The notes under the pieces are model-generated. The model had not been told where the DNA came from and made no database searches. It worked only from the letters and a program-made list of their open reading frames with translations. A DNA stretch of 64,000 nt from an uncultured virus (IMG/VR IMGVR_UViG_3300011114_000961) (Duplodnaviria; Heunggongvirae; Uroviricota; Caudoviricetes), in the IMG/VR virus record IMGVR_UViG_3300011114_000961, positions 1 through 64,000 of that record, one strand, 5' to 3'. Of the stretch, positions 46,994 to 56,660 are shown one piece after another. The stretch's first letter is position 1. The number at the start of each line of letters is the position of its first letter. Both the position numbers and the translations under genes were made by a program.

Positions 46994-47851
46994 ATGAGTC
47001 CACAAAAAATCTTGATCATGGGCCTGCCCGGCTCAGGCAAAACTTATCTGGCCACAGCACTAAAAAAATACCTGGAAGATAACAGCAGCATAAAGACCAT
47101 GCCCATGTATAGAACCGTGAACATGGAATCCGTGCCCACAGCATATCATTCTCAAGTGGATTGGTTCAATGCCGACGAGATACGCAAACGTTACAACGAC
47201 TGGGATTTCAGTCGGGAAGGCCGTATCCGTCAAAGTTTACGCATGGCTGAATTTGCATTAAAATGTTCAGGCGACTATGTGATCTGCGACTTTGTGGCAC
47301 CATTAACAGAACAACGCAACAACTTCAAGGCAGACTGGACCATTTGGATGGACACAATTGATCGTGGACGCTTTGAAGATACCAACCAAGCGTTTGTGCC
47401 ACCTGAAGTATACGACTTCCGTATCACAGAGCAAAACGCCGACAAGTGGGCTGAGTTTGTTGGGCAACACATCCTGGACAATCGCCGACGCCCTGTGTTT
47501 GATTGGCAAAAAGAAACTGTGCAGATGCTGGGTCGCTGGCAACCATGGCATGCAGGACATCGTGCCTTGTTTGACCGTGCCATAGCCAAAACTGGGCAGG
47601 TTGTAATCCAGGTGAGAGATTGTCAAGGCTGGCAAGGGTCCAATCCTTTTGCAATTGATCAAGTGAAGAATAATATACGCAGAGATCTAGACCCTGTGTA
47701 TCAAGGGCAATACGAAATACAAGTTGTGCCCAACATTGTAAATATCACTTACGGACGTGATGTAGGTTACCGCATTGAGCAAGAAACATTTGACGAAAAA
47801 ACACACAGTATCAGTGCCACAAACATACGCAAAAGCATGGGGTTAGAATAA
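46994..47851 (+). CDS. APS kinase-like P-loop domain fused to HxGH nucleotidyltransferase
   Basis: MGLPGSGKT, NADEIR, DFSREGR, DFVAP; then GRWQPWHAGH...ISATNIR. Confidence 0.8.
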   Translation: MSPQKILIMGLPGSGKTYLATALKKYLEDNSSIKTMPMYRTVNMESVPTAYHSQVDWFNADEIRKRYNDWDFSREGRIRQSLRMAEFALKCSGDYVICDFVAPLTEQRNNFKADWTIWMDTIDRGRFEDTNQAFVPPEVYDFRITEQNADKWAEFVGQHILDNRRRPVFDWQKETVQMLGRWQPWHAGHRALFDRAIAKTGQVVIQVRDCQGWQGSNPFAIDQVKNNIRRDLDPVYQGQYEIQVVPNIVNITYGRDVGYRIEQETFDEKTHSISATNIRKSMGLE

Positions 47852-47875
47852 TAATACTAGTAGATAAATATCTAC

Positions 47876-48349
47876 ATGTGGATATTACATTTATTGCCCG
47901 ACACTTTGATCTTATGGATCTGTAACAGTTTACTAGCAGCAGGCTTCTTGCTCACCGTGGCTGCTTTTTTTATACAAACCGTACCGCTACTGAACCAATA
48001 TCGGTTGCCTGCACAGGTCCTGGGCATCGCTCTGCTGGTGATCGGGGTATACTGGCGCGGCGGTTATGCTGTGGAATCAGAATGGCGCGAGCGAGTGGCT
48101 GAACTAGAACTCAAATTGGCCGAGGCTGAAAAACAAAGTGCCCAAGTCAACACTGAAATTGTGACCAAAATAGTTACCAAGACCAAGGTAATTAAAGAAC
48201 GCGGCAATGACATTGTGCAGTACCTGGACCGCGAAGTTGTTAAAAATCAAGAAGTGATCCGGTTTGTAGAAAACTGTCCCATTCCCGAAGTCATTGTGAA
48301 CACACACAATGCCGCAGCGGCCAATCGGCCCGTGGGAGAAAAGAAATGA
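47876..48349 (+). CDS. Rz-like inner-membrane spanin
   Basis: N-terminal TM, coiled coil, C-terminal Cys; TAAATA-N5-ATG; next to lipoprotein and lysin. Confidence 0.7.
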   Translation: MWILHLLPDTLILWICNSLLAAGFLLTVAAFFIQTVPLLNQYRLPAQVLGIALLVIGVYWRGGYAVESEWRERVAELELKLAEAEKQSAQVNTEIVTKIVTKTKVIKERGNDIVQYLDREVVKNQEVIRFVENCPIPEVIVNTHNAAAANRPVGEKK

Positions 48350-48609
48350 AATATCTAATCTTTGTATTTGTATTGTTTCTGTCAGCCTGTACCACAGTAC
48401 CTGTCACAACAGCATTTCCCGCAGCACCTGATGTATTAATGGTCAAGTGTCCTGAATTAAAAACCATCACAGGTGACCGGGTCACGATTGTGGATTTCAC
48501 CCGAACTGTGACACAAAATTACACCACATACCATGAATGTGCAGCACAAACAGAAGCCTGGCAAGAATGGTACACACGACAAAAACAAATATGGGAGGAA
48601 GTAAAATGA
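48346..48609 (+). CDS. Rz1-like outer-membrane lipoprotein spanin
   Basis: lipobox LSAC, Pro-rich, further Cys residues. Confidence 0.75.
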   Translation: MKYLIFVFVLFLSACTTVPVTTAFPAAPDVLMVKCPELKTITGDRVTIVDFTRTVTQNYTTYHECAAQTEAWQEWYTRQKQIWEEVK

Positions 48610-49226
48610 GCAATTCAATACTGCAATTGAATCAACTAAAACAAATGGTTCGTAATCCGCACATTGACCACTGGTACGAAGCCATTGATCAATTGTTGCC
48701 TGATTATGAAATCAACACACCTGCACGAGTGGCAGCATTCGTTGCACAGTGCGCTCACGAGTCGGGCAGTTTTGTGTTCATCAAGGAAAATCTCAACTAC
48801 CGGGCTGCCAGCCTGATGAAAACATTTGGCAAGTATTTCCCCACAATGGAATTGGCCCAGCAATATGCCAATCGTCCAGAAAAGATTGCCAACAGAGTAT
48901 ATGCCAGCAGAATGGGCAACGGCGACGAAGCGTCAGGTGATGGTTATCGTTTTTGTGGCCGCGGACTGATACAACTCACAGGGCGTGACAACTACACATT
49001 CTTTGCCGGCAGTTTGGGTATTGATGTAGAAGAAGCCAGCGATTACTTGAGCACATTTGAAGGTGCAGCACAAAGCGCCTGCTGGTTTTGGGAAACCAAC
49101 AACTTGAATCGTTATGCTGATTCAGGAGACATCAAAGGGCTGACTCGGGCCATCAACGGTGGCTACATTGGCCTGGAAGACCGTATCAGCCATTATGAAC
49201 ATGCATTACATGTGATGGGAGTTTGA
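48606..49226 (+). CDS. glycoside hydrolase family 19 endolysin
   Basis: AFVAQCAHES, ENLNY, DGYRFCGRGLIQLTGRDNY, INGG..GLEDR. Confidence 0.92.
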   Translation: MSNSILQLNQLKQMVRNPHIDHWYEAIDQLLPDYEINTPARVAAFVAQCAHESGSFVFIKENLNYRAASLMKTFGKYFPTMELAQQYANRPEKIANRVYASRMGNGDEASGDGYRFCGRGLIQLTGRDNYTFFAGSLGIDVEEASDYLSTFEGAAQSACWFWETNNLNRYADSGDIKGLTRAINGGYIGLEDRISHYEHALHVMGV

Positions 49227-49227
49227 T

Positions 49228-49356
49228 ATGTTAGACACACTGATCTGGATCGCACTGGGGGCATTCGTAGGGTGGAATTTTCCACAACCATTTTGGGCTA
49301 AAATTGTTCAAGAAAAAATACAAGCGGCATTTGCCAAAAAACAAAAAGGAGAATAA
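49228..49356 (+). CDS. small membrane protein (42 aa)
   Basis: GGAG SD; MLDTLIWIALGAFVGWNFPQPFWAK. Confidence 0.65.
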   Translation: MLDTLIWIALGAFVGWNFPQPFWAKIVQEKIQAAFAKKQKGE

Positions 49357-49358
49357 TC

Positions 49359-49901
49359 ATGGCTGATCAAAATTGGCAAGAACCGGTCGCAAGTGAGAGC
49401 GAAAAGAAAAAAGAAGATTGGATGAATTCAAAATGGCGCCCAATGATGGGTTGGATGTACATGGCTGTTTGCACATGTGATTTCATGCTGTTTCCTGTAC
49501 TATGGAGTCTGTTGCAAAGTCTCAGTCACGGCGCAATCAATAGCCAATGGCAACCACTCACACTGCAAGGTGCAGGACTGTTCCATATTGCCATGGGTGC
49601 TGTGTTGGGCATTGCTGCATATGGCCGCACACAGGAAAAACTAGGCGGAGCCAACAATGGTGGCATACAACTGCCGGCCAATGCAGGTACCACATACGTA
49701 CCGCCAGGCGCACAAAATACAGTTAATGTGAGTAACCAACCCAACTTAGTTGGAGGAGGATTTGGAGGAAATGCATATGGCAACACAACAACACCAGCAC
49801 CAACAGGCTTTGGTGGCAATCCAGGCTTTGGAGCAGGAACGGTTACCACAGGATGGGGAGGAAAAAAAGCACCCCCACAACCTGACTTCCCAGAAATTTA
49901 A
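49359..49901 (+). CDS. holin-like protein (3TM/GTA-type)
   Basis: WRPMMGW, TM segments, LGI..YGRTQEK; within lysis cluster. Confidence 0.7.
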   Translation: MADQNWQEPVASESEKKKEDWMNSKWRPMMGWMYMAVCTCDFMLFPVLWSLLQSLSHGAINSQWQPLTLQGAGLFHIAMGAVLGIAAYGRTQEKLGGANNGGIQLPANAGTTYVPPGAQNTVNVSNQPNLVGGGFGGNAYGNTTTPAPTGFGGNPGFGAGTVTTGWGGKKAPPQPDFPEI

Positions 49902-49910
49902 GGACAATAT

Positions 49911-50105
49911 ATGAAAAAACCATTTGTACTAATTGCACTCACTATATTCGGTCTGGTTCACGCCGAAACCACGCAGGTGTGCGTGGATGTCAAAGACAAA
50001 GCAGGTGTGCCAGTCAAAGACAAAACAGGCAAGGTCAGACAAAACTGCCGAACCATAAAGAAGCACAAGAAACTCGAAGGCACCCCAGTTCCTGAAAAGA
50101 AATGA
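49911..50105 (+). CDS. small exported basic protein
   Basis: signal peptide, two Cys; TAAGGA SD. Confidence 0.7.
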   Translation: MKKPFVLIALTIFGLVHAETTQVCVDVKDKAGVPVKDKTGKVRQNCRTIKKHKKLEGTPVPEKK

Positions 50106-50153
50106 GTCAACATTAATTGCTCAACTGTTCAAGAGTGTGTATAATTACATACT

Positions 50154-50939
50154 ATGAGTGATTATTATGACACCCTGGGTGTACCGCGCACAGCATCTGC
50201 TGATGACATAAAAAAGGCCTATCGTCGGTTGGCCAGTCAGCATCATCCTGACAAAGGTGGTGACACTGCCAAATTCCAACAAATCCAAGCTGCTTACGAA
50301 ACACTCAGCGACGATCAAAAGCGAGCAGCCTACAACAATCCGCAGCAACACACACAGCATTTTGGTGGTGGATTTCCGGGCAATCCGTTTGATCTCAACA
50401 ACATATTCAGCCAAATGTTTGGCCAGCAGATGCATGCCCAACAACAGCAACAGCGCCGTCAGGTCACCATGAACTTGTGGATATCGCTAGCCGATGCCAT
50501 ACGCGGTGGTGCAAAAACTGTGAGCGTGAGCACTGCTGTGGGCACTACCACTGTGCAGATTGACATTCCTCGATCCATTCAAGACGGCGACAATGTGCAA
50601 TACGGTGGCATAGCACCTGGCGGTATGGATCTGATTGTGCAGTTTAGAATCAATCCTGATCCAGTTTGGCATAGAGATGGATTCAACCTGCATTGCGAAC
50701 GCAAAGTGGACATTTGGAAACTGATCCTGGGCTCAGATGTTGAAATACACACACCCACTGGCAGTACACTGAGCATGACTGTGCCACCGCGCACACAACC
50801 AGGTTCGATCATGCGATTGAAAGGTCAGGGCTTGGTCAGCAAAGATGGACCGCCTGGCGACATTTTGGTACGCATGCAGGCTCGAATTCCTGATGCCATT
50901 CCCGATGCATTGTTAGATGCCATCCAACAACACCAATAA
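50154..50939 (+). CDS. DnaJ-class (CbpA-like) chaperone
   Basis: J domain with HPD, G/F region, C-terminal domain, no zinc finger; promoter TTGCTC-N17-TATAAT 50117-50145. Confidence 0.92.
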   Translation: MSDYYDTLGVPRTASADDIKKAYRRLASQHHPDKGGDTAKFQQIQAAYETLSDDQKRAAYNNPQQHTQHFGGGFPGNPFDLNNIFSQMFGQQMHAQQQQQRRQVTMNLWISLADAIRGGAKTVSVSTAVGTTTVQIDIPRSIQDGDNVQYGGIAPGGMDLIVQFRINPDPVWHRDGFNLHCERKVDIWKLILGSDVEIHTPTGSTLSMTVPPRTQPGSIMRLKGQGLVSKDGPPGDILVRMQARIPDAIPDALLDAIQQHQ

Positions 50940-51011
50940 TACTACCAGAATGATTGCGTCAATTCAAGTTAAGTAGTATAATACAAACTGTTATCCACAC
51001 AAGGACCATTA

Positions 51012-53273
51012 ATGGCACACGAAATCGAAAGCATTGTTGACAACGCTGTAAAAATAGCTAAAGAAAAAAGTCACGAATATGTGATGACCGAACACTTGTT
51101 ATTGGCCATGCTGCGCCAAGGACACTTCCGTAGACTGGTTGAACAGTTTGGCGTGGAAATAGACATGCTGGATCAAGAGCTGGATGCATACTTGAACAGT
51201 CTGATGAACCTGGTCAAGACAGGTGATGTACAGCCCAAAAAAACACAAAGCCTGGAACGTGTGTTCAATCGAGCCAACGTGCAGGTCATGTTCACTGGCC
51301 GCAGAGCCATGAACCTGTTGGATGTGTATCTCAGCATCATGGCCGAAACCAACAGCCATGCACACTACTTTTTGCTCAAGTACGGGATGAAGAAGTCTGA
51401 GTTTGTGGAATTCTATCAGAAAAATCACACACAGGTAGACAGCAAAATGACATCCAATCAAGCAGACGAAGTACTGACCGAATACTGTACCAGTCTCACT
51501 GCACAGGCCGCTGCCAATCAATTGGAACCGCTGATTGGTCGTGCAACTGAACTGGAAGAAATGATTGCTGTGCTGGCACGTCGTTTCAAAGCCAACGTGC
51601 TCATGGTAGGCGATCCTGGTGTGGGCAAGACCTGCATTGTGGAAGGACTAGCACAGGAAATCAATGCAGGGCGTGTGCCCGAGTTTCTCAAAGGCTACGA
51701 AGTATGGAGTTTGGAAATTGGTAGTTTGCTGGCCGGAAGCAAATACCGCGGCGAGTTTGAAGAAAAACTCAAGGTGGTACTGGCAGCCTTGGAAGCCAAA
51801 AAGAACTGCATCTTGTTTGTGGACGAAGCACACACCATGAAAGGTGCAGGTGCAGGCAGTTCGGGAAGCAGTCTAGACTTTGCCAACATGCTGAAACCAG
51901 CCATCACACGTGGCACACTCAAGGTTGTGGCCAGTACCACCTGGGAAGAATTTTACGAGAGCTTCGAAAAGGATCGTGCTCTCATGCGCCGTTTCTACAG
52001 GTTGTCGATTGACGAACCGGACACTGCGACCACTGAAAAGATCCTGATCGGGCTCTCACCCAGACTGGAAGCATTCCACAATGTCATGATCGACACAGCG
52101 GCAATGACCACTGCTGTGGAACTGGGCAATCGATACATTCACGATCGAAAGAATCCTGACAAGTGTATTGATCTGTTGGATGCAGCCTGTGCCCGAGAAC
52201 GTGTTCGAGATGCAGGCACCGCGACCATCACTAAAGAATTGATTGAAGCACAAGTGGCCCGTGTGACAGGTGTGCCCACAGATCGATTGCAGAATGAGCG
52301 ATCAGCCAAGATTGTGGATCTTGAAAGCAATATCAAACAACATCTCTACGGGCAAGACGCTGCGGTGGATGCTGTGTTGGATCGTGTGTACATCAACTTC
52401 TCAGGTATTGGCAACGAACGACGGCCCATGGCCAGTTTCTTGTTTACGGGGCCCACTGGCACAGGCAAAACTGAATTGGCCAGACTGTTGAGCCAGCACC
52501 TGGACATGCCATTGTTGAAATACGACATGAGTGAGTATCAAGAACGTCACAGTGTGTCAGGCTTGATTGGTGCACCTCCAGGCTATGTGGGATTTGAGGA
52601 CGGCAACATAGGCGGCGGCAAGTTGATCGCCGACATCAGCAAGAATCCCTTTTCTGTGATCTTGTTTGACGAAATTGAAAAGGCACATCCAGATGTCAGC
52701 AACATCTTGCTGCAGATGCTGGACGAAGGTGTGTTGACCAGCAGCAATGGCAAAAAGGCCAATGTGAAGAACTGCATCATTATCATGACTTCAAATCTGG
52801 GTTCCAGGGACAGCGAAAGCAATGCCATCGGCTTTGGCTCACAAGAAAAGACCGGAGAAGAAGACCGTGCCATGAAAGAGTTCTTCAAGCCCGAAATGCG
52901 TAATCGTATTGATCAAGTGTGTAAGTTTGTGAAACTGGATACTTTGGCCATTAAAAAGATTGTGCTTAAATTTGTGGATGAGCTCAAGACCAGTTTGGAA
53001 AGCAAACGCATACGCTTGGTGTTGACAGAGCCCGTGATTGATTACCTGGCTGAAAAAGGCTATGATAACAAAATGGGTGCAAGACCCCTAAGCCGCAAGA
53101 TTGATCAGTTGATCCGTGTGCCATTGAGCAAGCGGATCCTGTTTGATCGACTGACCGATTGTGATATCACTGCAACACTAGTGGATGATCAAGTGCATTT
53201 TGAAACTCAAGCACATGTGATTCCTGTGGTAGATGTAGATGGCATCATTAGATTCCCAGCAGCAGGCACTTGA
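51012..53273 (+). CDS. clpA: ATP-dependent Clp protease ATP-binding subunit
   Basis: two AAA+ modules (GDPGVGKT, GPTGTGKT), no M-domain, IGF loop; promoter TTGCGT-N17-TATAAT 50954-50982. Confidence 0.93.
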   Translation: MAHEIESIVDNAVKIAKEKSHEYVMTEHLLLAMLRQGHFRRLVEQFGVEIDMLDQELDAYLNSLMNLVKTGDVQPKKTQSLERVFNRANVQVMFTGRRAMNLLDVYLSIMAETNSHAHYFLLKYGMKKSEFVEFYQKNHTQVDSKMTSNQADEVLTEYCTSLTAQAAANQLEPLIGRATELEEMIAVLARRFKANVLMVGDPGVGKTCIVEGLAQEINAGRVPEFLKGYEVWSLEIGSLLAGSKYRGEFEEKLKVVLAALEAKKNCILFVDEAHTMKGAGAGSSGSSLDFANMLKPAITRGTLKVVASTTWEEFYESFEKDRALMRRFYRLSIDEPDTATTEKILIGLSPRLEAFHNVMIDTAAMTTAVELGNRYIHDRKNPDKCIDLLDAACARERVRDAGTATITKELIEAQVARVTGVPTDRLQNERSAKIVDLESNIKQHLYGQDAAVDAVLDRVYINFSGIGNERRPMASFLFTGPTGTGKTELARLLSQHLDMPLLKYDMSEYQERHSVSGLIGAPPGYVGFEDGNIGGGKLIADISKNPFSVILFDEIEKAHPDVSNILLQMLDEGVLTSSNGKKANVKNCIIIMTSNLGSRDSESNAIGFGSQEKTGEEDRAMKEFFKPEMRNRIDQVCKFVKLDTLAIKKIVLKFVDELKTSLESKRIRLVLTEPVIDYLAEKGYDNKMGARPLSRKIDQLIRVPLSKRILFDRLTDCDITATLVDDQVHFETQAHVIPVVDVDGIIRFPAAGT

Positions 53274-53911
53274 TGATTGACTTCAAATACGTGTCCCGAG
53301 GCAGTTTGTACTATGATCAGTACGAGTATGCCATAGATTTTAGATTGGAAGAAGTTGGCAGATGGCGTAGATTATTCAAATATTCCAATACAAAAGATAT
53401 AAAAGACTTTGTGGAGCGTATGCCCGAGTATTCTGATGTGGGCGAAGTGGCCATGCTGTTGGCAGCCGACAAAGATGCACATAAATCTATCATCTACGGC
53501 AGTTGGGTATATGTTTACACCAATAATTTAACACTGTTAAAAGACTTGGCGGCCTTGTCCTACATAACAAGAACAGCCAAGTACAATCAATGTGTGGTTG
53601 ATCGAGCAAAGGATGTGGTTGTGCTTGAAAAAACACAACATCAATACAGAACTTATCTCAGAGGCAAATATTTCAACGACATTGAGCGCGATAGATTTAT
53701 ACAATTTTTTGCCAACCGCCCGGACTATTTTAGGATCACGCCGGGCTTGCAGTCTCGATTGATTGGCGATGACGGGCGGATGTTTCATTACAAGCATTTT
53801 TACACCAATGACTGGAATTTTATCGATCATCATGACATCAATGATGCGCTGATGTTGAATCTCGTTCTGCCGGGAATTGTTCGCAAGACTGTGCCAATAC
53901 AGGCTAAATAA
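53273..53911 (+). CDS. hypothetical protein
   Basis: long ORF coupled to clpA. Confidence 0.75.
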   Translation: MIDFKYVSRGSLYYDQYEYAIDFRLEEVGRWRRLFKYSNTKDIKDFVERMPEYSDVGEVAMLLAADKDAHKSIIYGSWVYVYTNNLTLLKDLAALSYITRTAKYNQCVVDRAKDVVVLEKTQHQYRTYLRGKYFNDIERDRFIQFFANRPDYFRITPGLQSRLIGDDGRMFHYKHFYTNDWNFIDHHDINDALMLNLVLPGIVRKTVPIQAK

Positions 53912-53917
53912 TACACC

Positions 53918-54082
53918 ATGGCAAAAATACACGAAGAAATAGTTGTGATCAAACTATCAAAATTGATCCGAGAAGACGCCGCAGCAGAACCCATTGCCAG
54001 CGACGACATTATCACTGCGCTACAGCAAGTGGCTGAAGAACTGGCTGGCGCAGGCGTGGTAGTGGAAGCGGAACGAGCATAA
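53918..54082 (+). CDS. small acidic protein (54 aa)
   Basis: TAAATA-N7-ATG; MAKIHEEIVVIKLSKL. Confidence 0.7.
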   Translation: MAKIHEEIVVIKLSKLIREDAAAEPIASDDIITALQQVAEELAGAGVVVEAERA

Positions 54083-54444
54083 TGGCCACCGCGGTACTCT
54101 TACCAGCCACAACTTACGGTACACCATCGGGCAACTATGATGGGTCCAGTCAAGATTGGGCAGGAGATGCAGTACAAGCTGCCAATTACTATCGCGGGCG
54201 CGGCAGTGTACAAACCATACAGTTCAGCGTGGACGCATTTGAAGGTGTCATGCACCTGGATGCTACTTTGGACACAGATCCCGAATCAGCTGCTTGGTTT
54301 GAAACGCTGGTGTACGGCGATGGATCTTCAGTTCCGCTGACCGACTACTATCCAGCAACTGTGACTGGAAATTTCACCTGGATGCGTATACGTGTGGTGG
54401 GGTTCAGCGGCGGCACTATCAACAACATCACAATCACTTATTAA
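54082..54444 (+). CDS. probable virion beta-sandwich protein
   Basis: beta-rich; late operon. Confidence 0.65.
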   Translation: MATAVLLPATTYGTPSGNYDGSSQDWAGDAVQAANYYRGRGSVQTIQFSVDAFEGVMHLDATLDTDPESAAWFETLVYGDGSSVPLTDYYPATVTGNFTWMRIRVVGFSGGTINNITITY

Positions 54445-54447
54445 CAC

Positions 54448-54885
54448 ATGAACCTTTTACCCATTGAATTTGAAATCAGCTCAACTGATACTGCTGCCAA
54501 ATTAGGAATCCAAGTATGGGTTGATGATCTTTGTATACATCAACACAGCCATGTGGCTGAGACTTATCAATTTCGACACGAAATTGACGATGATGAAGAG
54601 AAATCACATCGATTAAAGATTGTGCTGACCGGAAAAACTGAAAAACATACACAACTGGATGATGATGGAAATATTACAAAAGATGCCATGTTGAACATAC
54701 GTGGCATTGCACTAGGCGGCATAAACATTGACAACATAGTTCATACACTTGCAACGTACCAACATGACTTCAATGGCACCCAACCCCAGTTTTTGGATAA
54801 ATTTTTTGGAAACATGGGCTGCAATGGTTCGGTAGTACTTGAATTTACCACTCCCAGTTACCTGTGGCTGCTGGAGCATACGTAA
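54448..54885 (+). CDS. hypothetical protein
   Basis: ORF in operon. Confidence 0.75.
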   Translation: MNLLPIEFEISSTDTAAKLGIQVWVDDLCIHQHSHVAETYQFRHEIDDDEEKSHRLKIVLTGKTEKHTQLDDDGNITKDAMLNIRGIALGGINIDNIVHTLATYQHDFNGTQPQFLDKFFGNMGCNGSVVLEFTTPSYLWLLEHT

Positions 54886-54899
54886 ACTAAATACTAGCT

Positions 54900-55652
54900 A
54901 TGAAACAGTTAGTACTAATTTCTGGCGGCTTCCACCCTTTTCACCCAGGGCACTTATCACTTTATCAAGCCGCAAAGGCAACATTCCCTGGTGCCGATGT
55001 GGTTGTGGCAGCTACCAACGACACCAGTTCAAGACCGTTTCCATTCAAAATAAAACAAAAATTAGCACAAGTATCTGGAGTGCCACCTAGAGATTTTGTC
55101 GAAGTGTCTAGACAATTCAATGCTATGGAACCGGCAATTGCCAGAAGGATTAAAAATCCCAATGATACTGTGTTGATTTTTGTCAGAAGCGACAAGGATC
55201 AGAATCAACCGCCATTGCCTGCTGCACTGGATCCTGCCACAGGACAATTGCCCAGGGCCAAACGTGGCCCAAACAAAGGCCAGCCAGTGAGTGATTATCT
55301 GCAATATCTTGCTGGCAACGAGGACAACATACAGCCCATGACCCAACATGCTTACATGGCCTACTTGCCCACTGAGGAATTTGGGCCAGGCATGCAATCT
55401 GCCACTGAAATACGCACAGCGTGGCCGCAATTGAACGAAAAACGTAAGGTAGCTCTGGTTATGAGTTTGTATCCTGCTACACAGACCAACCCGGCCTTGG
55501 CTAAAAATGTAGCCGGGATGCTGAACACCGCAATGGGAACCATAGCCGAAACTGCCGCACAGAATTTTGTAGGCGGCATGACGGCCAGTTACCAAGCCCG
55601 TGAAAATCAACCTGTCAACGAAGACTACGTTCAGGAAAAGACATCTGTCTAA
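54900..55652 (+). CDS. cytidylyltransferase-like (HxGH) protein
   Basis: SGGFHPFHPGH, PFPFKIK, SATEIR. Confidence 0.8.
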   Translation: MKQLVLISGGFHPFHPGHLSLYQAAKATFPGADVVVAATNDTSSRPFPFKIKQKLAQVSGVPPRDFVEVSRQFNAMEPAIARRIKNPNDTVLIFVRSDKDQNQPPLPAALDPATGQLPRAKRGPNKGQPVSDYLQYLAGNEDNIQPMTQHAYMAYLPTEEFGPGMQSATEIRTAWPQLNEKRKVALVMSLYPATQTNPALAKNVAGMLNTAMGTIAETAAQNFVGGMTASYQARENQPVNEDYVQEKTSV

Positions 55653-55709
55653 ACTGGTTGCAAAAAATCTGCTGACCTGTTATACTCTGTAAATAACAGC
55701 ATACTTTTA

Positions 55710-56636
55710 ATGGAGAACCCAATGGCTGACGCCCAACCCACCACAACCCCACCTAGCGATCCCGCTGCAACTGCACAACAAACTGTTCAAGTCAACATAG
55801 ATTATCTGCGTACCACAAGAGTACACATCATGATGCCTTGCTATGGCGGTCAGTTGACCGAAAGCACATTCATGAGTTATATCAAATGGGCCAACACCGC
55901 AAGACAATTGGGTCTTGAATGGACTGTGGAAACCATGACCAATGAGAGCTTGATCAGCAGAGCCAGAAACACACTCACTGCCAAGTTCTTGCACACAAAA
56001 GAATCCACCCACTTGATGTTTATTGACGCCGACATTGGCTGGGAACCTTGGCACCTGTTGGTGTTGCTAGACAGCCAGAAAGATGTGATTGGCGGTTTGT
56101 ACCCAATGAAAAGCCTGCCTGTGAAATGGTGTGTCAACGGTATTCCTGGAATGGAACCAGTGGGTCATCTTACCGAAGTTAGCAAAACTGGCACAGGATT
56201 CATGCTGATCAAGCGCGATGTGTTTGACAAGCTGAATGCACATCCTGCGGTACGTAACTTTGCCAACGACATTGGCATGCCTGCTGAACTGGATCCTTAC
56301 ATGAAAACCTACTTTGACACAGCAGTTCGCGAAGGTCGCTACTACTCCGAAGACTGGACATTCTGTGAAAACTGGCGCGATCTAGGCGGTCAGATCTTTG
56401 TAGACAATCGTGTGTTGCTCAAGCACACAGGCACATACACATTTGATTTTACCACACAGGACAAGTTGTATCAGGATCTCAAAGCTATTCAACCAGCACC
56501 TGCTGCGGAACCTGCACCGTCGCTGGCACATGCAGTCACTCCTGAGCTGATGGCAGCAGAACCCGTGGCTGAAATCATGGCGTCTAGCGAGCCTGTGGAA
56601 GCTGTAGTTGAAGAAGCAGCAGAAACTCAAGCCTAA
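55710..56636 (+). CDS. GT-A fold glycosyltransferase-like protein
   Basis: ESLISRARN, FIDADI, GTGFMLIKR, SEDWTFC; promoter TTGCAA-N17-TATACT 55658-55686. Confidence 0.8.
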   Translation: MENPMADAQPTTTPPSDPAATAQQTVQVNIDYLRTTRVHIMMPCYGGQLTESTFMSYIKWANTARQLGLEWTVETMTNESLISRARNTLTAKFLHTKESTHLMFIDADIGWEPWHLLVLLDSQKDVIGGLYPMKSLPVKWCVNGIPGMEPVGHLTEVSKTGTGFMLIKRDVFDKLNAHPAVRNFANDIGMPAELDPYMKTYFDTAVREGRYYSEDWTFCENWRDLGGQIFVDNRVLLKHTGTYTFDFTTQDKLYQDLKAIQPAPAAEPAPSLAHAVTPELMAAEPVAEIMASSEPVEAVVEEAAETQA

Positions 56637-56660
56637 AGGTTTGCGGTAAATATAGTTCGT

